From a virus, in the UHGV virus genome UHGV-2003109: a DNA stretch of 40,932 bases; one strand, given 5' to 3'. The notes under the pieces were generated by a model, which saw nothing but the letters and a program-made list of their open reading frames with translations, did not search any database and was not told the DNA's origin. Shown here in pieces: positions 30,938 through 39,365 of the stretch. The translations under genes and the position numbers were made by a program. Within the stretch, counting starts at the first letter, position 1. Each line of letters begins with the position of its first letter.

Positions 30938-31969
30938 CTACCAATTGATGAAGTCAGTGATGTTATCCAACCTGGTTACAGTAACTTCCCGTCCTAACAA
31001 ATATTGCCAGTATGCCTCACGGTCATTTTGTTCACCTGCACCGCTCCACTCAATTACTCTTAAATGCTTAGAGGTTAGGTAAGGTCGAATAAGCAGGTTA
31101 AGGTGTTCATCGAGGCCAGAATAACCAAACAGTATTATTTCTTCTGATTCAAATAATGCAAACTGCAAATAATCCCAGTACGTAGAAAGAACATTAGATG
31201 CTGCTATAACTGACGGTTTCCTTTTTATATGCGTTAACACTATATGTTCGCTAGGCTCATCCCTGTCAACCGTAAGTTGAGAACGTGAAAGTTTTAAGAC
31301 GGTCTCACCCTGATTAACAAATAGTGGTGAGCCATGCAAATGCAAATAATAACCAAACCTACGATTATATTTCCGTTCGAGCGCTTCGGCGGAAAATCCG
31401 TGGCCTAACATCCCATCAACCAGATACCCATCATACCCGCTGAATATATCATTATCTATGAATGAGTTGTATAATAATTTGTCATAGTTTAATGTCGCAA
31501 TATGAGTGCGTGTATTTTTTACAAATTCCACTAGCGCATTTTCGAATCTTTGCGGCAACCCTTCACCGTAATTATGCAAACTAGTTGCAACTTTGTGGAT
31601 ATAAGTGGCGGTGATTTCGGGGAAGTTTAGTCCATCGTCAGTAAGCCAATGCTCGTTTCCTTCTCCAATTTGCGCAAGAGCCTTACAATATGTGATAGCT
31701 TGGTGAAGGGTATCCAACTCATGTTCCCCTGCCGGTGGACCTTGCCGCTGAAGACAGCGTTCGATAAGTTGCTTATGGACATCGTTTAAGAAATTGGATC
31801 GATGCCAAATTTCTGCCAACGCCCTGTCTAAGGAAAAATGAGCAGGATCTAAAGCCATACCAAGACCGTTGCCGAATATTATTAATTTTCGTGCCATATA
31901 GGAGGACTCATGTTGGAATAATCTTGAGTAGCGTAACGCGATACGCCGCAGTTTGGAAGTAATATACAT
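30938..31969 (-). CDS. SIR2-like (SIR2_2 / DHS-like NAD-binding) stand-alone protein; candidate defence NADase
   Basis: Motifs LIIFGNGLGMALD (Gly-rich N-terminus), ATLNYDKLL (conserved Asn) and YLHLHGS (conserved His), then ILFGYSGLDEH; AT-rich gene; start at 31969 or 31897. Confidence 0.65.
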   Translation of the reverse strand: MYITSKLRRIALRYSRLFQHESSYMARKLIIFGNGLGMALDPAHFSLDRALAEIWHRSNFLNDVHKQLIERCLQRQGPPAGEHELDTLHQAITYCKALAQIGEGNEHWLTDDGLNFPEITATYIHKVATSLHNYGEGLPQRFENALVEFVKNTRTHIATLNYDKLLYNSFIDNDIFSGYDGYLVDGMLGHGFSAEALERKYNRRFGYYLHLHGSPLFVNQGETVLKLSRSQLTVDRDEPSEHIVLTHIKRKPSVIAASNVLSTYWDYLQFALFESEEIILFGYSGLDEHLNLLIRPYLTSKHLRVIEWSGAGEQNDREAYWQYLLGREVTVTRLDNITDFINW

Positions 31970-32313
31970 TCCGTTTGATTACACTCGATATTACAGACTT
32001 GCATGCAAAGAAATCCAAGCTGTTAGGTAAATAGAGACCGCAGAGGAAAGTGATATAGTCTATAAAAACCAACGAATAGCGGCATGTCTTCTGCGACCTC
32101 CATTTACCCAAATAGCACTTATCTAGTAAAATTCAATGATGTATTGCATAGTATTTCGTATGAATTGATATAGATAAGAATCAGTCTTAATTCATTAGCA
32201 AATATTGAAACTCAAAATGTCTGTTTTTGATACAAAGCTGACAACCAGACCAGTTCTAGCCATGTGCCACCAAAATGTCAATTCATATCTGAAGTAATGC
32301 TCTTTAATTTCGT

Positions 32314-32736
32314 TCACCGTGGTAATGTTCGAATATTTCCCTTATAAAATGCCAAAATCCGCTGCATAACTTCGCTCTTCCGGCACTCGCGACAGATTAT
32401 GTTCATACGCCTGTCGTAGCGACGTATTTCTCCGTCAGGTAATGACCAGATAAGGTCCGGATCAACCACAGCAGGTTTCTTCACCTTTGCCCTCGAGAGT
32501 TTTTTGCGGGCGTTTTGCCAGTCCTTACGCGCCTGTTCAGAGGGGAATAACCCGTAGCCGGAGTTGTATACATCGCCACTGGCAACCAGCTCTCTGGCAA
32601 GAACGCTCATCAGATATCTTGTCGCACCTGTTTTAGCTTCCAGTTGCCGTAGCGTCTCACGACCGCTCTGGCGCACGAGTTCCACCACCTGCCCTTTAAT
32701 TTTTTCCCGCTCTTCTTGTGTAAAAACTTTTGCCAC
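32314..32736 (-). CDS. Hypothetical basic protein downstream of the replication gene (possible DNA-binding protein)
   Basis: Non-ATG start with AAGGGGG RBS; Lys/Arg-rich with CRECRK motif; occupies the lambda P position but unlike P. Confidence 0.5.
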   Translation of the reverse strand: MAKVFTQEEREKIKGQVVELVRQSGRETLRQLEAKTGATRYLMSVLARELVASGDVYNSGYGLFPSEQARKDWQNARKKLSRAKVKKPAVVDPDLIWSLPDGEIRRYDRRMNIICRECRKSEVMQRILAFYKGNIRTLPR

Positions 32737-32776
32737 AAGTCCCCCTTAAAATTACCTCATGACCTGAAATCAACAC

Positions 32777-33796
32777 TTATCCCCTGAAACCAGGCGGAAT
32801 TTCTGTATCCGGTTCAGAAATATGATTCACACAACGCTGTACAGACGAACGCCCCAGACGGATGACCAGTTCATCCCATTTTTCACGAAGCTTTGACGGG
32901 CTCATGATGTTTTTTACCCAGAATGGATCTCGCTGTACCCGACCAAACATTTCGCAAATTTGTCTGTGGCTTCTGCCATCCAGCATCCGCATTGTGCGCA
33001 CGTCATTGGCCCAGGCAGTCCAGTTAGGCTCTTTTGGTCGCATGATCTCGCCATCATCACTGGCTGCCTGTTCGTAGAGACCCACGATCCGCCCCCAGAT
33101 CCACTGCGCACACGCCAAATCCTCCCTGCTACCCCACTGGCGTTTTTTCGCACTAAACACAACCGCGTCGGAGTTCCGGGTTAAAAAATCCTGTTCAGTC
33201 GTCTGCGGGTCCGGTTGCGAAGCTTCCGGACGAAAAGTGTTTTTATTCTCTGTAGTAATCTCTGTTGTATTCTCTGTAAGATCATCAGGCCATTTTGACC
33301 CGATGACATTGGGTCGTTTTGAACCAATGGAGCGTTTCATTTTGACCTCTTCCATCGTGTCATTTTGACCTGATGGAGCGGCGCATTTTGAACCGATGGA
33401 TTCGCTCAATTTGCCACCATCTAAAAGCTCGCTCCCATAGTTGATCGTGTAGAAATTGGTCATATCGCGCTTTGATTTATTGAGCTTTTCACAACGCAAA
33501 AGCCCCAGCGTTTTCAGACTTGCAAACGCGCGCTTTAACGTTGACTCTGACCAGAATGGGAACTGTTCCAGCCATTGTTCCGTTGTGTTGTAAATCCAGC
33601 GAACACCATCACATTCCATGCCGGAATTGGTATCTCTCAACCAGTAATGCAACTGCTGCAACACAATGGCTTCATTTAAGCCAATCTTCATCGCAAGCTG
33701 TGTGTTTATAACCAGTGGGCGTTCAGCAAAAAGAAGGCTCATAATTCCATCCAGCTTTTTGTTGGTATTGCTGTCGATACGCAAGTTTGAAAGCAA
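32777..33796 (-). CDS. Replication initiation / replisome organiser protein (lambda O-like role)
   Basis: N-terminal region (…RPLVINTQLAMKIGLNEAIVLQQLHYWL…) typical of phage replisome organisers; iterons embedded in the coding sequence. Confidence 0.8.
   Translation of the reverse strand: MLSNLRIDSNTNKKLDGIMSLLFAERPLVINTQLAMKIGLNEAIVLQQLHYWLRDTNSGMECDGVRWIYNTTEQWLEQFPFWSESTLKRAFASLKTLGLLRCEKLNKSKRDMTNFYTINYGSELLDGGKLSESIGSKCAAPSGQNDTMEEVKMKRSIGSKRPNVIGSKWPDDLTENTTEITTENKNTFRPEASQPDPQTTEQDFLTRNSDAVVFSAKKRQWGSREDLACAQWIWGRIVGLYEQAASDDGEIMRPKEPNWTAWANDVRTMRMLDGRSHRQICEMFGRVQRDPFWVKNIMSPSKLREKWDELVIRLGRSSVQRCVNHISEPDTEIPPGFRG
33291..33420. repeat. Origin iterons: five to six ~22-bp direct repeats (core CATTTTGACC / CATTTTGAACC) inside the O-like gene
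   Basis: Direct reading: cattttgacccgatg, cgttttgaaccaatgg, cattttgacctc, cattttgacctgatgg, cattttgaaccgatgg, caatttgccacc. Confidence 0.7.
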
Positions 33797-34244
33797 TTGC
33801 TTTTTCTATAAGTTCGTCAGTTTCACGATCCACTACGGCAGGATCAGCAAAAAGCAGTCCGGACTCCACCACATCGCCATATTCTTTGTTTAACCCGGCG
33901 ATCATGTACGTGATGCTTTTTCCGTCACTAATTTCACGATACAACCTGAAATCATTAATCCGGATAGCCTCCATAATTGCAGGCACTAGCGCCGTGAACT
34001 TTTCACGCTTATCCCTGGTGTCGATAGCCTTCCAGCGTTCGAATATCTTCACTCGATTAACGCCAAGCGCTCGCTGATCAACCGCGCCACCTTCATCTGT
34101 GACACGCTGAACATCGATGTTCGGGCGCTCTTTCAAAGCCCAGAATGCTTCAGTGATTAATATCGTCGCCTGCTCCTGTGTCATTCCTGGTCGACATATC
34201 CAGGCATCCAGAGCCTCACGAGCCTGTTCAGGAGTGATTTTCAT
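33723..34244 (-). CDS. YdaT-like protein (cII position)
   Basis: 173 aa; motifs ...KIFERWKAIDTRDKREKFTALVPAIMEAI... recalled as YdaT-family; lies between the cro-like gene and the replication gene. Confidence 0.55.
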   Translation of the reverse strand: MKITPEQAREALDAWICRPGMTQEQATILITEAFWALKERPNIDVQRVTDEGGAVDQRALGVNRVKIFERWKAIDTRDKREKFTALVPAIMEAIRINDFRLYREISDGKSITYMIAGLNKEYGDVVESGLLFADPAVVDRETDELIEKAIAFKLAYRQQYQQKAGWNYEPSFC

Positions 34245-34455
34245 TGTTCAACCGCCCCGCCCGCTTCGTCTTACGATATTCGTCATAAACCTTGGGATCA
34301 TACTGAAGCTCGCCGCCAGATGCCTCCTGTAGACGCATCGCGCGACCTTCAGGAACCAGCTCTTGCCATTGAGAAACAGCAGATGGGTCAACGCCAGCAG
34401 CTTTCGCTACTTTGGCTTTCGTACCGTAAAAATTAATTACGTCTGATTTAAACAT
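34228..34455 (-). CDS. dicC: Cro-like regulator DicC (YdaS family)
   Basis: MFKSDVINFYGTKAKVAKAAGV...VPEGRAMRLQEASGGELQYDPKVYDEY; divergent from dicA. Confidence 0.8.
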   Translation of the reverse strand: MFKSDVINFYGTKAKVAKAAGVDPSAVSQWQELVPEGRAMRLQEASGGELQYDPKVYDEYRKTKRAGRLNNENHS

Positions 34456-34468
34456 CGCACCTCCAATA

Positions 34469-34482
34469 TTGAGTTTTCTCAA
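34469..34482. promoter_or_regulatory. Palindromic operator TTGAGTTTTCTCAA in the dicA-dicC divergent promoter region
   Basis: Perfect 14-bp palindrome in the 77-bp intergenic region between the dicC and dicA starts. Confidence 0.5.
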
Positions 34483-34532
34483 TGCTAATCACTCAAGGAA
34501 TCTCAAGTCAAGGGTTATTAAGATATCTAAAT

Positions 34533-34940
34533 ATGAACGAGAAAACTTTAGGTCAACGCATTAGAGAAAGACGTAAGCAGGTAGGCTTAAGTCAAAACGG
34601 TTTAAGCAAAGCTGCTGGCGTATCTGGCTCATCAATTTCATTATGGGAAAGTGACCATACAGCCCCGCGCGGGCAAAATTTGCATCGCCTCGCCGAGGTA
34701 TTGCAATGTTCACCAACCTGGATACTGTTTGGCGACGAGGACAAAACACCAGCTCCCCCTGTTTCACTCGATAGTGCCTTAGACTTATCGGAAGATGAGT
34801 TAGAGATGCTGCGTTTGTATCGCGCACTTCCTAAATCAGAGCAACAAGCACAACTCAGCGAACTCCGCGCCCGCGTTGAGAATTTTAATCGCCTGTTCAC
34901 CGAGCTATTAGAGGCTCGCAAACGCAACAAGCATCAATAA
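34533..34940 (+). CDS. dicA: XRE-family HTH repressor DicA (CI-like immunity repressor)
   Basis: …LGQRIRERRKQVGLSQNGLSKAAGVSGSSISLWESDHTAPRGQNLHRLAEVLQCSPTWILFGDEDK… closely resembles E. coli DicA. Confidence 0.9.
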   Translation: MNEKTLGQRIRERRKQVGLSQNGLSKAAGVSGSSISLWESDHTAPRGQNLHRLAEVLQCSPTWILFGDEDKTPAPPVSLDSALDLSEDELEMLRLYRALPKSEQQAQLSELRARVENFNRLFTELLEARKRNKHQ

Positions 34941-35004
34941 TCATCCCTTCACAAAATTTTAAAGCCTTACATTTCAATGTATTGGCTTTATCTTGCGCCA
35001 ATAC

Positions 35005-35060
35005 TTGAGTTTTCTCATCAAAAAACCTTGACGAAAAATAATGAGAAAACTAAATTATCT
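35005..35060 (+). promoter_or_regulatory. Candidate promoter of the ydfA-dicF-dicB operon flanked by operator half-sites
   Basis: TTGAGTTTTCTCA (35005-35018), -35 TTGACG (35028-35033), TGAGAAAACTAA (35042-35053) overlapping a TAAATT -10. Confidence 0.45.
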
Positions 35061-35132
35061 CCATCAAGACACCGCACGGTGTTCTCAGCAAACAGTTCCG
35101 CTACCCCAGCGTTAAGGGGAAATAAGGTCAGC

Positions 35133-35288
35133 ATGGATACTATCGATCTTGGCAACAACGAATCTCTGGTGTACGGCGTGTTTCCAAACCAGGACGGCAC
35201 GTTCACCGCAATGACGTATACCAAAAGCAAAACGTTTAAAACCGAAAATGGTGCCCGTCGCTGGCTGGAAAGAAACTCAGGTGAGTGA
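35133..35288 (+). CDS. ydfA: YdfA-like small protein (DUF1391)
   Basis: MDTIDLGNNESLVYGVFPNQDGTFTAMTYTKSKTFKTENGARRWLERNSGE. Confidence 0.8.
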   Translation: MDTIDLGNNESLVYGVFPNQDGTFTAMTYTKSKTFKTENGARRWLERNSGE

Positions 35289-35289
35289 T

Positions 35290-35865
35290 ATGGATTTCGA
35301 CACAATCATGGAAAAGGCTTACGAAGAATACTTCGAAGGCCTTGCCGAAGGCGAAGAAGCTCTCAGCTTCAGTGAGTTTAAACAGGCACTCAGAATAAGA
35401 ATGTGCTCTCACAATGACGCGGAGCACAAATATGAGAAGCAAAATCAGACCGCAGAAAATTTTGTTCTGGAACCCGGAGAAACGCTTTTCAAAATTCCCG
35501 TTACGTGCCCCATTTGCGGTTTTACATCAGAAGAACTTGACGACTCCTGTAACAATCAGGAAACAACCAAGTATGTCGAAGATGATACCGAGTGCGCACG
35601 AAGAACGATTATATCCACGAGTCCAAACTCCAGGACCAATAAATCTCACTTTGAGAGGGTGATTAATCCACTCCCCCAAACCAATAAAAAAGATGCCGGA
35701 GGACAAAAAACCCAATGGAACAACGGGATATCTGTCAAAAAAAGACGTTCCATTAAAGACAAACAACGCAGCGCCAACAACTGTAAGCGCTTTATACCAG
35801 TAATCAATTTTCATGTTCTTAAGCGGATTTATTGGTGGTTGCGACATTGCTTAATGAATCCTTAA
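35290..35865 (+). CDS. YdfB-like N-terminus fused to a longer hypothetical protein
   Basis: MDFDTIMEKAYEEYFEGLAEGEEALSFSEFKQALRIRMCSHN... continues to 192 aa; AGGTGAG RBS. Confidence 0.5.
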   Translation: MDFDTIMEKAYEEYFEGLAEGEEALSFSEFKQALRIRMCSHNDAEHKYEKQNQTAENFVLEPGETLFKIPVTCPICGFTSEELDDSCNNQETTKYVEDDTECARRTIISTSPNSRTNKSHFERVINPLPQTNKKDAGGQKTQWNNGISVKKRRSIKDKQRSANNCKRFIPVINFHVLKRIYWWLRHCLMNP

Positions 35866-36124
35866 AACTGTGGTGATTTTAAGGATACCACCTCGCCTGA
35901 CGTGGTTAAAAGCAGGCACACAACACGAAAGCGCACGGCGAAGTTCGTCTCACTGTACGGTGTCGTTAAATTTAATTCGACCGTGCGCTTCCGGTTGTGG
36001 CAACCCGCGAAATGGCGCGGCGGTAAGTATGGCGGGGTTATTCCTTCCCCGTTGAGGACACCGGGTTGTCAGGTTGACCATACGCTTAAGTGACAACCCC
36101 GCTGCAACGCCCTCTGTTATCAAT

Positions 36125-36180
36125 TTTCTGGTGACGTTTGGCGGTATCAGTTTTACTCCGTGACTGCTCTGCCGCCGTTT
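36125..36180 (+). ncRNA. dicF: DicF small regulatory RNA
   Basis: tttctggtgacgtttggcggtatcagttttactccgtgactgctctgccgcc followed by a T-run; matches E. coli DicF; between ydfB-like and dicB. Confidence 0.8.
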
Positions 36181-36351
36181 TTAAAGTGAATTTTGTGATG
36201 CGGTGAATGCGGCTGAGCGCACGCGGAACAGTTAAAACCAAAAACAGTGTTATGGGTGGATTCTCTGTATCCGACGTTAATTGTTAACTGGTTAACGTCA
36301 CCTGGAGGCACCAGGCACTGCATCACAAAATTCATTGTTGAGGACGCGATA

Positions 36352-36540
36352 ATGAAAACGTTATTACCAAACGTTAATACGTCTGAAGGTTGTTTTGAAA
36401 TTGGTGTCACTATCAGTAACCCAGTATTTACTGAAGATGCCATTAACAAGAGAAAACAAGAACGGGAGCTATTAAATAAAGTATGCATTCTTTCAATGCT
36501 GGCCCGTTTACGTCCGATACAAAAAGGATGCTGGCAATGA
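36352..36540 (+). CDS. dicB: Cell division inhibitor DicB
   Basis: MKTLLPNVNTSEGCFEIGVTISNPVFTEDAINKRKQERELLNKVCILSMLARLRPIQKGCWQ. Confidence 0.9.
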   Translation: MKTLLPNVNTSEGCFEIGVTISNPVFTEDAINKRKQERELLNKVCILSMLARLRPIQKGCWQ

Positions 36541-36728
36541 ATACAGCATTTGCACTTGTTCTGACAGTTTTTCTTGTTTCCGGAGAACCAGTTGATATTG
36601 CAGTCAGTGTTCACAGGACAATGCAGGAGTGTGTGACTGCAGCAACCGAACAGAAAATTCCCGGTAACTGTTACCCTGTCGATAAAGTTATTCACCAGGA
36701 TAATAACGAAATCCCGGCAGGTCTTTAA
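36537..36728 (+). CDS. ydfD: YdfD small lysis-associated membrane protein
   Basis: MNTAFALVLTVFLVSGEPVDIAVSVHRTMQECVTAATEQKIPGNCYPVDKVIHQDNNEIPAGL; ATGA overlap with dicB. Confidence 0.85.
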   Translation: MNTAFALVLTVFLVSGEPVDIAVSVHRTMQECVTAATEQKIPGNCYPVDKVIHQDNNEIPAGL

Positions 36729-36821
36729 AACAGTTCCGTAATAAACATCCGATTTCATTCTTATATGCCAGCAATGGCAGGGATTTGTTCACCCTTAAAT
36801 CTGTCATGAGGTTAAAACAAA

Positions 36822-39293
36822 ATGAGTAAAGTCTTTATTTGCGCCGCCATTCCGGACGAACAGGCAATAAAGGAAGAAGGTGCAATCGCTGTAGCCACTG
36901 CCATTGAAGCCGGTGATGAACGTCGCGCCCGCGCAAAATTTCACTGGCAATTCCTGGAACATTATCCGGTTGCTCAGGACTGCGCTTATAAATTTCTTGT
37001 TTGCGAGGATAAACCCGGTATACCCCGCCCTGCCCTCGATTCCTGGGATGCTGAATATATGCAGGAAAACCGCTGGGATGAGGAGTCTGCTTCCTTTGTC
37101 CCGGTTGAGACTGAATCAGATCCGATGAACGTCACTTTTGACAAGCTGGCCCCTGAAGTACAGAACGCTGTCATGGTTAAGTTCGACACATGTGAAAACA
37201 TCACCGTTGATATGGTGATTAGCGCGCAGGAATTGTTGCAGGAAGACATGGCAACATTCGACGGACATATCGTTGAAGCGTTGATGAAAATGCCAGAAGT
37301 TAACGCCATGTATCCGGAGCTTAAGCTGCATGCCATCGGGTGGGTTAAACATAAATGTAATCCTGGAGCTAAATGGCCCGAAATTCAGGCAGAGATGCGC
37401 ATCTGGAAAAAACGTCGCGAAAATGAACGCAAGGAAACCGGAAAATACACGTCTGTTGTTGATCTCGCCCGCGCCAGAGCCAATCAACAGCACACTGAAA
37501 ATTCAACAGGAAAAATCAACCCGGTCATTGCTGCCACTCATCGCGAATACAAGCAGACATGGAAAACACTGGATGACGAACTGGCCTACGCTCTCTGGCC
37601 TGGTGATGTGGATGCCGGAAACATTGACGGCAGCATCCATCGCTGGGCAAAAAATGAAGTTATCGACAACGACCGCGAAGACTGGAAGCGTATCTCGGCA
37701 TCAATGCGCAAACAGCCTGATGCCCTTCGCTACGACCGCCAGACTATTTTTGGCCTTGTCCGTGAACGTCCGATCGACATTCACAAAGACCCTGTGGCAC
37801 TGAACAAATACATTACTAAATACCTGACTACAAAGGGCGTGTTTGAAGATGAAGGAACAAATCAGAGCGCAACTGATACTCTCTCGTCGCCAGTACCAGA
37901 AACTGATGCAGTGGAAACGGCAATTCCGGGCAACGAAAAAACTGAATGCAAAGTGGAAGTCGAACCATCTGTAGAGCGTGAGGGGCCGTTCTACTTCCTC
38001 TTTACCGACAAGGATGGCGAAAAATACGGTCGCGCAAACAAACTTTCTGGTCTGGATAAGGCGCTGGCTGCCGGGGCTACTGAAATCACGAAAGAAGAAT
38101 ATTTCGCCCGCAAAAACGGTACATACTCAGGTTCACAACAAAATACTGGTGCATCTGACACGACCGCACAACCAGAGCCGGTAAAAATTACCGCTGACGA
38201 AGTAAACAAAATTATGCAGGCAGCCAATATCAGCCAGCCTGACGCCAATCAGTTGCTTGCTGTATCACGTGGTGAATTTGTTGCAGGGATTAGCGATCCG
38301 AATGATCCGAAATGGGTGAAGGGGATTGAAACCCGCGATTCAGTGAACCAGAACCAGCAAGAAACGGAACAGAACGACCAGAAAGCGGAACAAAACAGCC
38401 CAAATGCGTTACAAAACGAGCCAGAAACGAAACAACCTGAGCCAGTAGCGCAACAGGAAGCGGAAAAAATCTGCACCGCCTGCGGTCAGACCGGCGGCGG
38501 CAACTGCCCTGAATGTGGTGCGGTGATGGGCGACGCAACATACCAGGAAACATTCGATGACAAGAACCAGGTTGAAGTTCAGGAAGACGATTCGGAGAAA
38601 ATGGAAGGCGCTGAACATCCACACAAGGAGAATGCTGGCAGCGCTCAGGACCACGCCAGCGATAGTGAAACTGGCGAGACGGCAGATCCCTTAATTACGG
38701 TGAACAGTCATCACGTTATCACATCCACCAGCAGGACGTGTGACCATCTAATGATCGACCTTGAAACCATGGGAAAAAATCCTGATGCCCCGATTATCTC
38801 AATAGGCGCAATATTTTTCGATCCACAAACCGGAGATATGGGACCGGAATTTAGCAAGACCATAGATCTGAATACTGCTGGCGGAGTCATTGATCGTGAC
38901 GTCATTAAATGGTGGCTGAAGCAATCACGTGAAGCGCAGTCTGCCATTATGACCGATGAAATCCCGTTAGATGATGCACTGTTACAATTGCGGGAATTTA
39001 TCGACGAAAACTCCGGTGAATTTTTTGTTCAGGTCTGGGGAAATGGAGCCAACTTCGACAACACGATTTTGCGCCGTTCATACGAACGGCAGGGGATCCC
39101 CTGCCCGTGGCGTTACTACAACGATCGCGATGTACGCACAATCGTTGAGCTGGGGAAAGCCATAGACTTCGATGCCAGAACGGCTATTCCATTCGAAGGT
39201 GAGCGGCATAATGCACTTGATGACGCCCGTTACCAGGCAAAATACGTTTCAGTTATCTGGCAAAAACTGATCCCGAGTCAGGCTGATTCTTAA
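36822..39293 (+). CDS. Large recombination-associated exonuclease (YdfE-like) with internal zinc ribbon and C-terminal DEDDh 3'-5' exonuclease domain
   Basis: C-terminal motifs DLETMG, NGANFD, HNALDDARY; CTACGQ...CPECG zinc ribbon; lambda exo/RecE position; uninterrupted 823-aa ORF. Confidence 0.8.
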   Translation: MSKVFICAAIPDEQAIKEEGAIAVATAIEAGDERRARAKFHWQFLEHYPVAQDCAYKFLVCEDKPGIPRPALDSWDAEYMQENRWDEESASFVPVETESDPMNVTFDKLAPEVQNAVMVKFDTCENITVDMVISAQELLQEDMATFDGHIVEALMKMPEVNAMYPELKLHAIGWVKHKCNPGAKWPEIQAEMRIWKKRRENERKETGKYTSVVDLARARANQQHTENSTGKINPVIAATHREYKQTWKTLDDELAYALWPGDVDAGNIDGSIHRWAKNEVIDNDREDWKRISASMRKQPDALRYDRQTIFGLVRERPIDIHKDPVALNKYITKYLTTKGVFEDEGTNQSATDTLSSPVPETDAVETAIPGNEKTECKVEVEPSVEREGPFYFLFTDKDGEKYGRANKLSGLDKALAAGATEITKEEYFARKNGTYSGSQQNTGASDTTAQPEPVKITADEVNKIMQAANISQPDANQLLAVSRGEFVAGISDPNDPKWVKGIETRDSVNQNQQETEQNDQKAEQNSPNALQNEPETKQPEPVAQQEAEKICTACGQTGGGNCPECGAVMGDATYQETFDDKNQVEVQEDDSEKMEGAEHPHKENAGSAQDHASDSETGETADPLITVNSHHVITSTSRTCDHLMIDLETMGKNPDAPIISIGAIFFDPQTGDMGPEFSKTIDLNTAGGVIDRDVIKWWLKQSREAQSAIMTDEIPLDDALLQLREFIDENSGEFFVQVWGNGANFDNTILRRSYERQGIPCPWRYYNDRDVRTIVELGKAIDFDARTAIPFEGERHNALDDARYQAKYVSVIWQKLIPSQADS

Positions 39294-39365
39294 TGTTCAA
39301 CTGTCGCCGGTTGTGACTGGTATTCTGCAACCGGCGCTCGTCTGATGTAAGAGATAAAGAAATCG

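Noticed and set aside
30478-30940. relB/relE antitoxin-toxin genes expected upstream of hokD
   Set aside because: No ORF of suitable size or sequence on the hok strand; the region is instead occupied by AT-rich sequence and the 35-codon ORF.
31908-32111. 67-aa minus-strand ORF upstream of the SIR2-like gene
   Set aside because: Overlaps the probable 5' end and promoter region of the SIR2-like gene, has no RBS and a low-complexity AT-rich translation; likely non-coding.
33291-33420. Possible CRISPR array suggested by the direct repeats
   Set aside because: Repeats are ~10-12 bp cores with ~22 bp periodicity inside a replication initiator gene, with no cas genes nearby; they are origin iterons, not CRISPR repeats.
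35870-36120. Short plus-strand ORFs (61 and 63 aa) upstream of dicF
   Set aside because: They overlap each other in different frames in the region expected to be the processed precursor and leader of DicF; no RBS or conserved protein features.
36822-39293. IS element interrupting the exonuclease gene, as I recall for K-12 Qin
   Set aside because: The ORF is continuous over 823 codons and no transposase-like ORF or inverted-repeat termini were seen anywhere in the window.
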